Assembly (NCBI GenBank): GCA_000004985.1
Contig: GG738883.1
From: Naegleria gruberi
Taxonomy: Eukaryota
Reading direction: 5' to 3' (one strand)
DNA: 64,000 nt
The position numbers and the translations under genes are program-made. This document shows, one piece after another, positions 1 through 10,036 of the stretch. The notes under the pieces are model-generated. The model searched no databases. It had not been told where the DNA came from and was given only the letters and a program-made list of their open reading frames with translations. Numbering within the stretch: the stretch's first letter is position 1; each line of letters begins with the position of its first letter.

Positions 1-586
1 TTACAGAGTTAATAGTTAGATCCGTTATTCTTTTAATTAATTGGATATCTTCATCGTCTGGTGTTCTGCTGTTAGTTTCATCATTGTTTGAACAATCTTT
101 GATCAACTGTTCAATAACCGATTGATTTTCAATTATATTTGATGTAGGTAATGTGAATAAATTGGATTGTTTAAGAATAGTTTCAACGGTTTTCATCCTC
201 TCTTCATTTTCAGGTTCGTCTTCTTCTCCGTAATTATTTTCATAATTTAAATCTCCACCTCCTACAAGTAAACTTGGACTACTGCTCACATAGATAAACT
301 TTTTACCAGTCTTGTTAAGAATTTTATCGAACATTTCTCTCTCCTTCATACGTAGATCGGTCCAACTTTCAGCCACAGACTTTGCAACAGCTCCATCTTC
401 ACCCTCTACAAGATGAGGTTTTGTTAAAAGTGGATTTGAATGTATATTGTTTTGATTTCCATTATTATTTGTTGTATTTGTTGTTGTTGCTCCTCCACTA
501 TTATTTCCACCCGATGATGATGGAACAGTCTTTTCTCTGGTTTTTGTTGAATTTACGTCTTGTTGTTTACTTTGGTCACAGCCCAT
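1..586 (-). CDS. Partial CDS (N-terminal ~195 aa; C-terminus lies beyond window start). Protein begins MGCDQSKQQDV..., an N-myristoylation (Gly2) / Cys3 palmitoylation-type start, followed by a S/G/N/T-rich linker
   Basis: Reverse-strand ATG at 586-584 verified codon by codon (MGCDQSKQQDVNSTKTREKTVP...). Open frame continues to position 2 with no stop. Codon usage matches neighbouring genes. Absent from the ORF track because no stop lies in the window. Confidence 0.5.
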   Translation of the reverse strand, partial: MGCDQSKQQDVNSTKTREKTVPSSSGGNNSGGATTTNTTNNNGNQNNIHSNPLLTKPHLVEGEDGAVAKSVAESWTDLRMKEREMFDKILNKTGKKFIYVSSSPSLLVGGGDLNYENNYGEEDEPENEERMKTVETILKQSNLFTLPTSNIIENQSVIEQLIKDCSNNDETNSRTPDDEDIQLIKRITDLTINSV

Positions 587-771
587 TTTTTATGTTGTGA
601 TTCTTTGAGAGGATATTTTTAGGCTTTGAAAAAAATATCAAATTATTACAAGTTATTACTCAGCGAATTTATTAAAGATTTGGAAAGGATTTTAAATCTA
701 TTATCTCATATATAGTTGATTATAGATAAATAGATTCCGAGTGTAGTGAACAAAATATTAATATTTTAAAA

Positions 772-3177
772 ATGTTAACAGACTTTGAAATCAATGATGA
801 GAATAATCATCAGGACGATCAGGGCTATGATGAAATTATTGGAGGAGAAGATCATCATGTTCGTAATAGTAACGAAACAAAATTTGATAATTTACCGGAG
901 GAAGTAATTGCAAATATTTGTTCATGTTTTATGAGAAATTCAACAACAAATTTAGCAGAAAGAAAAGGACAACAGGATTTTTCTGAAAATTCATTGTTTG
1001 AGTATGAAGATTTTCATACTGTCAATATTGATGATTTAATAGATATTTATCCATTATCGTTACTTAATAGAACTATTAGAAACAAAATTTTAAATAATAA
1101 TCATTTGTGGAATGAACAAATGATTGTTGATCTGAGTGAATTTTCAAAATCAACCAAATTATTTAAATATATGAATAAGATTAATGATTGGAATTATAGT
1201 TCATCTGATGATGATCTAATTGTAACAGTAGAAAGAGAAAGACTAAATATTGCTTTGAACTTTCTTTCATGTCTTGGTTTATCTGAATATATTAAAAAGT
1301 TAAAAGTTAGTTGCATATTGAAAGAAGTTGGGTTGAAGGAATCCATTTCATGGTCAAAACTCATTATTCACTCATTCCCTAATCTAACAGATATCATCTA
1401 TTACAGCCTCACTGATAGAAATGTTGTTAAGAGGTACGAATCCTTAGATTGTACTCAGGGAAAATGGCAAAATTTGAGCTCAATAACTGTTTATTTTGAT
1501 TTTACGTCATTATTATCTTTAATAGAAAACCACAAATCTACTATCAAGTCTATTGCTTTTTCTCCAAAAATGTCAGATAGGAAATCAACAGAAGAACTCT
1601 TAAAAAATCCCAAGATACTGGAAAATGTACAGAACATTATTATTAGTATGAAGTTTGATTCTGCAATGATGGAATCTAACAAAAATTATATGGAAAAGTT
1701 TGGTGCATTAAACATAGATTGTTCTGCTTTAGATATAGAGCGTTGGATTCCAAAACTGACACACCTTAAAAAGTTGGTGTTGGAAGGAATATACAATCCA
1801 AATTTTAAAATTGAAAACGTTAATTTCACAAATTTAACTGAGCTAGTGATATGTTTAGCTAATCAATCGGAATTAGCTTTCAACAATGTTCAAGCTCCAG
1901 AATTGCAAGAGCTTAGCATTTCTAATGCATCAATAGAAGCATCAACAGAGCCATTTAAAAATTTGCGATCATTGAAATTTCAAACTTGTAATTATGATCA
2001 AAATTTTTGGATCAAATCTCACCCTACACTCATGTACTTTAGCTTGTTTTTTCCAGAGTTTAAAGACACTATGTATAATCGCTCATTTTCATTGACTGAC
2101 AATCAAAGCTTACTTGTTATTTTACTTACCTCACTGGAATCTGTCTCTATAACTAACATCAACCCTTCTTGCAAATTATATATTGAAAAATGTCAATCAA
2201 TTCAGATTAATACTAGTAAGATATCTGAAATTTATATACAGAGCTATTCTACTGCTAGCGATATAAATATCAAAGGAGATCACTGTTCAAAACTTCATCT
2301 TCCAAAAGGTATTGAAAAATGTAAAATAGATTTGAATTCAATTAGTGAGATGAACTGTTATTATCAAGATAATTATTCTAAAATATTACCTCTTAGAGCA
2401 CATAACATTTCGTTAGAAACATTGCATATATCCTGCTTTAACATTCCTATTTTTATTAAGGAATTCTTAACATCCTTTAAATATATTGGAACTTGTAAAT
2501 GTGTTATCAGTCATGATCATACATACTCAAAAGTATACAAAAACATTAGTCCAAGCTCTAATCTTGATACTGACATGTCTAGTGTTGAGAAAATAATTAC
2601 TCATGGAGATATATCACTTCATACACATTTGACAAATAGCACCTCCTTACATACAATAATATCTGGAAGCAAATTAATCTGTTCTCCCAATACCACCTAC
2701 TTGAGCACTTCACTCACTCATTTGGAAACAAGTATTCAAAACTTTTCTTCACAATTTGACCTCCCTAATTTGAAAAATTTAATAATTTCTCATTCTGCAG
2801 ATATAGAAATTGATCTTTCTCAATATCCACATCTAGAAGATTTTTCAATTTCTCATTCTAAGAATGTAAAAATTCGAAATACATCCAAGAGTATGGAGAA
2901 AATGAAATTTTTCCTATTGGAGGGTATTAATTCTCTTTCAATCAGTATTGATAATGTACAAGCCCCAAATATCCGAGAAGCCATCATTCACTCAATCAAA
3001 AGCATTGAACCTGGTACTGAGCCAATATTCACTTTATCTCATAGCCCAAAGATGCTCTTTTACTATGTTTCATTTGTGTGGAAACCAGCTTTTAAACCAA
3101 ACCCACCTCGTACACATCAAGAAACTTTTGTAACGCCAATACCTAACGAAAACACCAGAAATTGTGAAATATTATAA
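772..3177 (+). CDS. 801-aa protein with an N-terminal F-box-like motif (LPEEVIANICSCF) followed by degenerate leucine-rich-repeat-like segments
   Basis: Single uninterrupted ORF with a true ATG at 772. F-box-like LPxEVIxxIxxxF motif near residue 40. Repeated LxxLxLxxN/C patterns. AT-rich upstream spacer 587-771 shared divergently with the preceding gene. Confidence 0.5.
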   Translation: MLTDFEINDENNHQDDQGYDEIIGGEDHHVRNSNETKFDNLPEEVIANICSCFMRNSTTNLAERKGQQDFSENSLFEYEDFHTVNIDDLIDIYPLSLLNRTIRNKILNNNHLWNEQMIVDLSEFSKSTKLFKYMNKINDWNYSSSDDDLIVTVERERLNIALNFLSCLGLSEYIKKLKVSCILKEVGLKESISWSKLIIHSFPNLTDIIYYSLTDRNVVKRYESLDCTQGKWQNLSSITVYFDFTSLLSLIENHKSTIKSIAFSPKMSDRKSTEELLKNPKILENVQNIIISMKFDSAMMESNKNYMEKFGALNIDCSALDIERWIPKLTHLKKLVLEGIYNPNFKIENVNFTNLTELVICLANQSELAFNNVQAPELQELSISNASIEASTEPFKNLRSLKFQTCNYDQNFWIKSHPTLMYFSLFFPEFKDTMYNRSFSLTDNQSLLVILLTSLESVSITNINPSCKLYIEKCQSIQINTSKISEIYIQSYSTASDINIKGDHCSKLHLPKGIEKCKIDLNSISEMNCYYQDNYSKILPLRAHNISLETLHISCFNIPIFIKEFLTSFKYIGTCKCVISHDHTYSKVYKNISPSSNLDTDMSSVEKIITHGDISLHTHLTNSTSLHTIISGSKLICSPNTTYLSTSLTHLETSIQNFSSQFDLPNLKNLIISHSADIEIDLSQYPHLEDFSISHSKNVKIRNTSKSMEKMKFFLLEGINSLSISIDNVQAPNIREAIIHSIKSIEPGTEPIFTLSHSPKMLFYYVSFVWKPAFKPNPPRTHQETFVTPIPNENTRNCEIL

Positions 3178-3248
3178 CAATTTCTGGTGTGAAATATTAG
3201 AAACTTTGGATAACTTTTTTTCATTGAATCTGTGGCCAATTAATTGTG

Positions 3249-4730
3249 TTACTCCTCATTCATAGAAATTTCTAAAAACCTCGTTCCATTAAAATCTTTA
3301 ATTGTTTCAATAACAATCTTATCTATTGGATCTGATAATAGCAATACTTCTAACCCTTTCTTGGAATACTGTTCAATAAGTACTTCATTAATATTGGTTT
3401 CAATGCTTAGCAAAAAGTAAATGAATGTTTGTCCCTCCATCATTCTTGAACAATAATCCCTCAAACTCGACCACTCCGTCCTTTTGCAATTCGAGTGAAA
3501 TCTCAAAAGGTCTGTCAGAAGTAATCTATTTGAATCATCTAAAATCACTCCCATCTTGATTTTCCTTCCAAAATTTTGGTAGAAGTTCTTATAATCATCC
3601 TTATTTTCAGCAAGTCTTTCAAACATTTGCAATGTTGCCCTTGTCACACGTTTCCTTATTACTTTTAAAATTTTGTTTTCAGAAAATTGATATAAATTAA
3701 GAGGTAAATCTTCCGAATCTACCAATACTCTCATGAAATCCAAATAGTCTGGTACAATATATTTGCAATTATCCATTATAAACGTGCTTCTTATGTACAG
3801 ATGACTGACAAGCTCATAATTAAAATGGGCCACCTTTGGAATAAACAATAGTAATTTGAATTCAAGAATTCCTTCAACTCTGTAATGAGACATGGTCAAG
3901 TAATCTTCCCAATCATTTGACATTTCCTTATAGAACTGTAAATATTCACTTTTTGAAATTTTTTCAGGATCTCTTGTCCACAAGGGCTGATCTTTGTTCA
4001 AAAACTCACATTTCTGTTCATTATTTTCATCCAGAGTCTGTAGTAACACTGGATATCTAATTGGTTTGGAAAGAACAGTCAGATACATCTTGAGAAATGA
4101 ATTATCCAACAATACAAGTGAATCCTCATTCAAATATAGTGTTACTCTTGTTCCTCTTGTCAATTGTTCAGAACTTGTGTCACTTGCTACTTTGAAAACT
4201 CCATCTCCACTCGATTTCCAAATAAATTGCTCATTTCCATGCATTTTAGATGAAACCACCACTTTTTCAGCAATCATAAATGCTAAATTAAATCCAAAAC
4301 AATTTCCAAACCGTTCCATTACACTACTTTTATCACCTTGTTTCAATAATTCAACATATAATTTCACTCTCTTACTCAAAGAACCTCCTAAATTCAACAC
4401 AAGATCATTCCTTGACATTCCAAATCCTGAATCAATAATACTCAATGATTTACTCTCCAAATCAGGAATTATTTTAATGAATAGTTGAGGTTCACTCAAC
4501 AAGACAGAAGAATCCGATAGACTTGCATATTTAATTCTATCCAAAGCATCAGAAGAGTTGGAAATTAGTGATTTGAGAATAGTTTGCAAGTTATTGGAAG
4601 GAGGAATTTGTTTCAATAATTTGATTAATTCTGCAATTTCCTCTTGAAATAAGAAAGTATCTTCCGATATCTGATGATCTGAAGCCATTTTTTTAATATA
4701 TTGTAATGGATAATATTTTGTAAACAACAT
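3249..4730 (-). CDS. Hsp90-family paralog, truncated: N-terminal ATPase (GHKL) domain plus middle domain, no C-terminal dimerisation domain and no MEEVD. Probable start is the second Met (MASDHQ..., 4688)
   Basis: Strong motif-level identity to Hsp90: [16 protein letters not shown] ~ [29 protein letters not shown] ~ [22 protein letters not shown] ~ [31 protein letters not shown] ~ [43 protein letters not shown] ~ [38 protein letters not shown] ~ [15 protein letters not shown]. ORF ends ...[37 protein letters not shown], aligned to Hsp90 ~residue 540. The catalytic Glu of the LRELISNASDA motif is Ser ([11 protein letters not shown]). Confidence 0.8.
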   Translation of the reverse strand: [493 protein letters not shown]

Positions 4731-5172
4731 GCAGGAAAAATAGCGTTGGTCTGATGAAAATTAAATTGTCATCAACACAATTTCTTATGGAAAGACACCA
4801 TACAATAAAAGTAAGTTGTAGGTTCAATTACTGGTCCTAACAAGGATTTTTCTTCAGCTAAAACACTCAAAAAAATACAACAAATTCACTTCTAAAAAAA
4901 ACCTCCATCGGTACGGTTTTGGCTTTTTTCGTTCTCTTCATCACAAAGTTAAACCGTTGTTGTGTATTTTAAAAAGGCTTTGCAGAATAAGAAATAACAT
5001 CGGCCCACAACATCAACATCTTCAACAACAACAACAACAAAATTTAAAAACACAACAGGTGATAGATTTCTACCTGATACAATCTAGGCTATTAACTGAT
5101 TCATCATCAATTTGATCAAAATACTTTTCAACAATACAATTTCACGGATATGATAAAAACAAAACAATCACA

Positions 5173-6540
5173 ATGAATACTCAACTCTCCAATAATAACC
5201 AATCCTCTTCCTCTGAACCCCACGAAATTTCAACTCACAAACAAAATGATGAAGCAAACAATATTCCAGTTGACGTTGCTTCTGGTGATCCTAATTCCCA
5301 ATCATGGGTGAATTTACAACAACAGTTCATGGGAAATCCACATTACATGCCACCAAATATGACACCACAACAATACTATTATATGACTCTGTGGTTAATG
5401 CAACAAAACGGAGGCAAGGATGATCCCAATAAGAAGAAAACAGACAATCCATCAATAATAGATCCATCAGGTGCTGCTCCAAACGGAGAAGCTGAAAATC
5501 CATTAGGTATCTACCCACCACAAGTATATTTCCCATTTCCTGGCAACAATCCACCAAATAATTCACAAATTCCATCCCTAAATGTTGTTCAATCACAAGA
5601 AGACACAAACATTTCACAAGAAGCTGCAACACAAGAAAAGAAAACTAAAAGAAGAACAAAAGCCGCATCAACAACTCCTAAATCTTCAACTAAAAAACGA
5701 AAAAACACAAAGGAAGCAACAACTCCTGTTGAAGAAAGTTCTAACACACCAGATACACCAAAGAAAAAAAAGAAAAAGGAAACAACTTCTTCAAATGCAG
5801 GATCTAGTAGTAGAGGATCGAGAGGAGGACTTAGACATTTTAGTTTTAAAGTTTGCGAACTTGTTCAAAGAAAGAAAACAACTACAATTAATGATGTTGC
5901 TGATGAACTGGTTCAAGCAGAACTTCAAGATGAAGACAGTAAATCTGATGACAAGAACATTAGACGACGTGTTTATGATGCTCTCAACGTTTTAATGGCT
6001 TTAAATATTATTTCAAAAGATAAGAAAGAGATTAAGTGGAAGGGTTTACCTGTAGATTCACAAAAAGAATGTGAAGCATTGAATCAAATCAAATTACAAC
6101 GTTTAGAAATGATTCAAAAAAAAACTCAACAATTACAAGAACTTGAAAAACAACATCGATCATTATCAAGTTTATGTCAAAGAAATTCAAGCATGAATTT
6201 TGCAGAATCTAAGAGGATTGAATTACCTTTTATTATTGTTCATACATCAAAATCAACACAAATTGAATGCGAAATGGATGAAAATAGGTCTGAGGTATTT
6301 TTCAATTTCGACAAGCCTTTCGAAATTCATGATGATAATGAGATTTTATATAGGTTAAATCTAGGTTCAGATCAAAATCAATCTTCAAATCAACCAAGTG
6401 AGTCGAATAATATGAACATTTCAACATCAGGTCAAGCAGAAGATGACTTCTTTTCATTGGAACAACCCACAAACACTTCCTCTCCAAAAAAACCTTCTAA
6501 TAGCACTTCAAACAATGAAAAAGATATGGACACTCAATAA
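5173..6540 (+). CDS. tfdp: Transcription factor DP (E2F dimerisation partner, TFDP-family)
   Basis: Core DNA-binding/dimerisation region [29 protein letters not shown]...[32 protein letters not shown]...[10 protein letters not shown] is near-identical in motif content to metazoan TFDP1 ([29 protein letters not shown]...[32 protein letters not shown]). Single ORF with true ATG. Flanked by N/Q/S/T/K-rich low-complexity tails. Confidence 0.85.
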   Translation: [455 protein letters not shown]

Positions 6541-6554
6541 ACTTGTACATTTTG

Positions 6555-7970
6555 TTATTTATTGTTGCTTAGTAGATGCATTACTTCAGACAGAACTCTT
6601 CTTGTTTTTTCATTCGCCATAAAAGCCTCATTATAATCTGATTCAATTTGATTTAGTTCCATTTCTAGAGAAGCAATTAATTTCTTCTGATCTTCTATCC
6701 TTACAACAAGATCCTGCTTAGTCTTTCGTTCGGTTTCAATCTTTTTCTTAATGTCTGAAATTGAGCTTGGGGGAGAACTCGAGGGAGAAGGCTCCTTCAC
6801 TTTGTCAAATGAAAATTTGTAAAAATCCACATCTGGCCTTCTGAAAAATATCGTGTATTTGATTTCTGATTCCTCATTGAAATCCAACCAATCAACCAGA
6901 TATTTTTTGATATTGTTTCCAATTAGAATGAGTATCGATGCTCCATGCAGAGTGGAGTTTGTTTTTTGGGAGTGGGGATCAAAAATTACATGCACTATTT
7001 CTCCATATTCTTGGTCTAGAATTGAGTATATTAGCTTAGTAAATGTGTTCTGTTGGAGTAATAATATACAACTCCTTCGTTTCGTTTCCAAAACTCGATC
7101 AACCTTGGAAGAAAGACTTGTGAGCTCTCTAAGAGTAATTGCAGCTGCGGCTTGAAGATCCAATAATTTGTTTAACCTATCGTTCATTCGCAACATGTGC
7201 TCTGCATCAAGAATTCCCTGTTGGGGATCTTGAAAAGCTCCAAGTTGTAGAACGTTGTCAATCAAAGAGTTGGTAATTTTTGATGGTTCTAGCACTCTGT
7301 AAAGCAATTGTGCACCCATTTCAAGGCAAGTCGGCAGTGATGATGTACTCACCCCAAATGTTTGATAATCATTTTCACTAGCGATTAATAAACACTTCTC
7401 GATGTACTTATAATTTTTCCTATACATGGTTTCGAATTCAAATTTCTTGATTGACCTAAGTGGTGATTCCCTCTCTGTTGTTGATTGTCTCGAATATTGT
7501 TTATCATTAATTTGATTCCTATCAATTGAATAATCATATGATCCGTAAGGGCTTCCACTTTTACTATAATTTCTTGATGGATCTGAAGGAGAGAAGGATC
7601 TGGTTGGCGTTGAAAATCGAACTGAGGGTTCTCTTGGAGGAGATTTAATAAGTTCATTGCTAAGTGACCTACGCTTTGCATCCGAAGAAGATGGTTTTTG
7701 AGGAGGAGAAGCAATAGGTGAATTAAAATTTCTGAAAGGACCATCCGAAGGAAATATTGTTGAGTCTCCATATGATCTTCTGTGGGATTGTTTTGATGTT
7801 GTAGTTATCGATGAAGATACTGGAGTATATTTTGAATAAGTTAATGAGTTTGAATTTCCATAGACATGTTGTTGCTGTTGCTGATCAAAGTGATGGTCAT
7901 ACTTTGGTCGTTGAGACATTTTATTCACTTTATTTTTTTGTAGAAAGTTTGGCGGGAAATCATTCTTCAT
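6555..7970 (-). CDS. Hypothetical 471-aa protein: S/P-rich N-terminal half, globular middle region, C-terminal coiled coil
   Basis: Single long ORF with consistent codon bias. Coiled-coil heptads near the C-terminus (KKKIETERKTKQDLVVRIEDQKKLIASLEMELNQIESDYNEAF). No family recognised by eye. The stop is only 14 bp from the stop of the convergent tfdp gene. Confidence 0.45.
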   Translation of the reverse strand: MKNDFPPNFLQKNKVNKMSQRPKYDHHFDQQQQQHVYGNSNSLTYSKYTPVSSSITTTSKQSHRRSYGDSTIFPSDGPFRNFNSPIASPPQKPSSSDAKRRSLSNELIKSPPREPSVRFSTPTRSFSPSDPSRNYSKSGSPYGSYDYSIDRNQINDKQYSRQSTTERESPLRSIKKFEFETMYRKNYKYIEKCLLIASENDYQTFGVSTSSLPTCLEMGAQLLYRVLEPSKITNSLIDNVLQLGAFQDPQQGILDAEHMLRMNDRLNKLLDLQAAAAITLRELTSLSSKVDRVLETKRRSCILLLQQNTFTKLIYSILDQEYGEIVHVIFDPHSQKTNSTLHGASILILIGNNIKKYLVDWLDFNEESEIKYTIFFRRPDVDFYKFSFDKVKEPSPSSSPPSSISDIKKKIETERKTKQDLVVRIEDQKKLIASLEMELNQIESDYNEAFMANEKTRRVLSEVMHLLSNNK

Positions 7971-8083
7971 TCTTTTCTTCTAACAGAATTTAAATCTGAT
8001 GAATTTTCTTATCGCTCTCTAATCACTATTCAACTTAGCTAAAAACTAGGAAACGCGCTAGGAAGCATGCTGATAATTACCAA

Positions 8084-10036
8084 TTATTTTGATGGTTCCT
8101 TATCATCCTTCTTATCCTTCTTATCTCCTAAATCAATTTCATCATCACTACTGTGTTTAGTCGAAACTGTCCTTGCAGACATGCTATCTGATACAACCAT
8201 ATGGTTTGAATTATTTGGAGGTAAAGTCAGATTTGGAAAACTCTTTTCTCCTGCTTGTTCCTTCTTATCTTCCTTCTTTTCTTCCTCTACTCTAGCAGAG
8301 CTTTGATTGTCATTGGAATTGCTTGTAGAAGCCACACTAATATCGCTTCTTGTTTTTCCTTGAGCTGAAAGAGGTTTAATCAACTTCATGATCGATTTAA
8401 CTTTAGTTTGAACTCGGGTTTTTGTAACAGTTGTTTTTTGGTTGGCTTGGGTTCTCTTCTCAGCTTCTTCCTGAATTTTCTTTTTGGCCTCAGGGAATCT
8501 TGCAAGCACATTGTCGAAATCCTCCTTATACAAAACGAACACTTCACAAATTTCTTTTGCTCTCACAGAAGCCATTCTCTTGGAGTTGGAAATTAAGGCT
8601 ACCTCTCCAAAGAAAGAACCAGAGGTAAGAGTGGCCCAAATTTGACCTTGAGGGCCGACAATTTCAACTGTTCCTTTACCAAGGAAAAACATTTCTCTAC
8701 CAACCTCACCAAACTGCATCGCATAGTAATTTTCCAAAATGATTGTGTGGTTCAAGTAAAGACAAATTTCTTGAATGAATAATTCTTCCATATCTTTCAT
8801 GAAAGGGACTTTCTTTACAAGGTCTTTGTGCAAAAATTGAGAAACTTTTCTCTTTGTCTCAAGTTCCAAGTCTTCCAAGATATCCTCATCAGATTTTAGT
8901 TCTCTGTTAGCTCTCTGAATGATACCTAAAAAGTTACGAGAGTCAACAATTAGTTTAGTATTGACCTTTCTAAATTTCAAATAACCTGAAATGTCATCCA
9001 ATTTTCTGTTAAACTTAGAACTCTGTTGATTCATTTGGTTTACAAGATTCGACACGACACCAACAATGCCGGCAAAGAACAGTACTCCAAAAATGGCATT
9101 CAAAATGGAGTAGAGGGCACCAAGCTCATCTTGAGGGACGTCAGTTGCGAAACCCACAAGGAAGACAGTAGCAAAGTAAAAACTTCCTACATATTGCTTC
9201 ACTCTTGTAACAAAGTTATAAGAAGCAATATCAGAAGATAGGTTCATAAACACTAAGTATTTCAAATTATCTGTTGTGTCCATCTGAATTAAAATATTAC
9301 CATATTCATGATACTGATTAAGGTTCCAAAAATATAGGCATGAAAACCAGTGAATAATAACACTGAGATAAATAATAGACTTGACAATACGTAAATAGAT
9401 GGGGTTAAGCCTACTCTTCGATTCTACAGTTTGATAATAGTCACCCAATCTGAGACTAATAACAGGAATAATTCTAAACAATCTAAATGCTGGATGATTG
9501 AGTAAAAACCAATCATATAATGTACAATACGAGAGAATATCTATTAACAACAATTTCCAGTAAGAAAGCAATCTTCCAAGTCTCTTTTTTTCAGGATCTG
9601 CTCCAACCATCTTTGGCTCCAAAAGGTGAGCTATCACATTGGTGATAGCCAAAACATCCGCAACAATATTCAAAACCAAAAATCCAACATGTGTATATTC
9701 TTCAAAACAAGCAAGGTAAGGTGCAATAATAGCATTATACAAAATTACTATTGTCATAATAAAATCCAAAACTATTCTAATATTGCTGTCAGGCATGATG
9801 TAAAAGGATGTTGTTATGTTTTTTATCCTCATCGGAATAGAAACATGTTCTTTTTGACTCTCCTTATCTGCCAGTTTTACATCAACGTGACTTGATGATG
9901 CTGGAGAATCTGGTTTTACTCTTCGTTTTCCTCTCTGAAAGAATTTACTCAGGAACATTTCAGTTATTTTTTTTATAGTTACCAGTAGCATGTTTGGCGG
10001 GAAAATATGAACATTGAGATGCTCAATGATTGGCAT
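8084..10036 (-). CDS. Six-TM ion-channel-like protein with a C-terminal cyclic-nucleotide-binding domain (CNG/HCN/KAT-type architecture)
   Basis: Multiple hydrophobic TM helices, with a charged S4-like and a pore-like segment. Canonical CNBD phosphate-binding-cassette motif GKGTVEIVGPQGQIWATLTSGSFFGEVALISNSKRMASVRAKEICEVFVLYKEDF. No GYG selectivity filter seen. K/E/S-rich C-terminal tail. Confidence 0.6.
   Translation of the reverse strand: MPIIEHLNVHIFPPNMLLVTIKKITEMFLSKFFQRGKRRVKPDSPASSSHVDVKLADKESQKEHVSIPMRIKNITTSFYIMPDSNIRIVLDFIMTIVILYNAIIAPYLACFEEYTHVGFLVLNIVADVLAITNVIAHLLEPKMVGADPEKKRLGRLLSYWKLLLIDILSYCTLYDWFLLNHPAFRLFRIIPVISLRLGDYYQTVESKSRLNPIYLRIVKSIIYLSVIIHWFSCLYFWNLNQYHEYGNILIQMDTTDNLKYLVFMNLSSDIASYNFVTRVKQYVGSFYFATVFLVGFATDVPQDELGALYSILNAIFGVLFFAGIVGVVSNLVNQMNQQSSKFNRKLDDISGYLKFRKVNTKLIVDSRNFLGIIQRANRELKSDEDILEDLELETKRKVSQFLHKDLVKKVPFMKDMEELFIQEICLYLNHTIILENYYAMQFGEVGREMFFLGKGTVEIVGPQGQIWATLTSGSFFGEVALISNSKRMASVRAKEICEVFVLYKEDFDNVLARFPEAKKKIQEEAEKRTQANQKTTVTKTRVQTKVKSIMKLIKPLSAQGKTRSDISVASTSNSNDNQSSARVEEEKKEDKKEQAGEKSFPNLTLPPNNSNHMVVSDSMSARTVSTKHSSDDEIDLGDKKDKKDDKEPSK

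Noticed and set aside
382-600. 72-aa plus-strand ORF at the window start
   Set aside because: Antisense to the verified minus-strand MGCDQSK... coding sequence. The L/Y/F-rich translation is typical of antisense A-rich coding DNA.
3994-4488. 164-aa plus-strand ORF, and similar antisense ORFs elsewhere (5582-5995, 6853-7155, 43059-43619, 26453-27034, 27669-28019)
   Set aside because: Each lies entirely inside, and antisense to, a well-supported gene (Hsp90-like, tfdp, VPS72, retropepsin-like, PPR-DYW). In AT-rich sequence the reverse complement of lysine/asparagine-rich coding sequence readily stays open. None has a recognisable motif.
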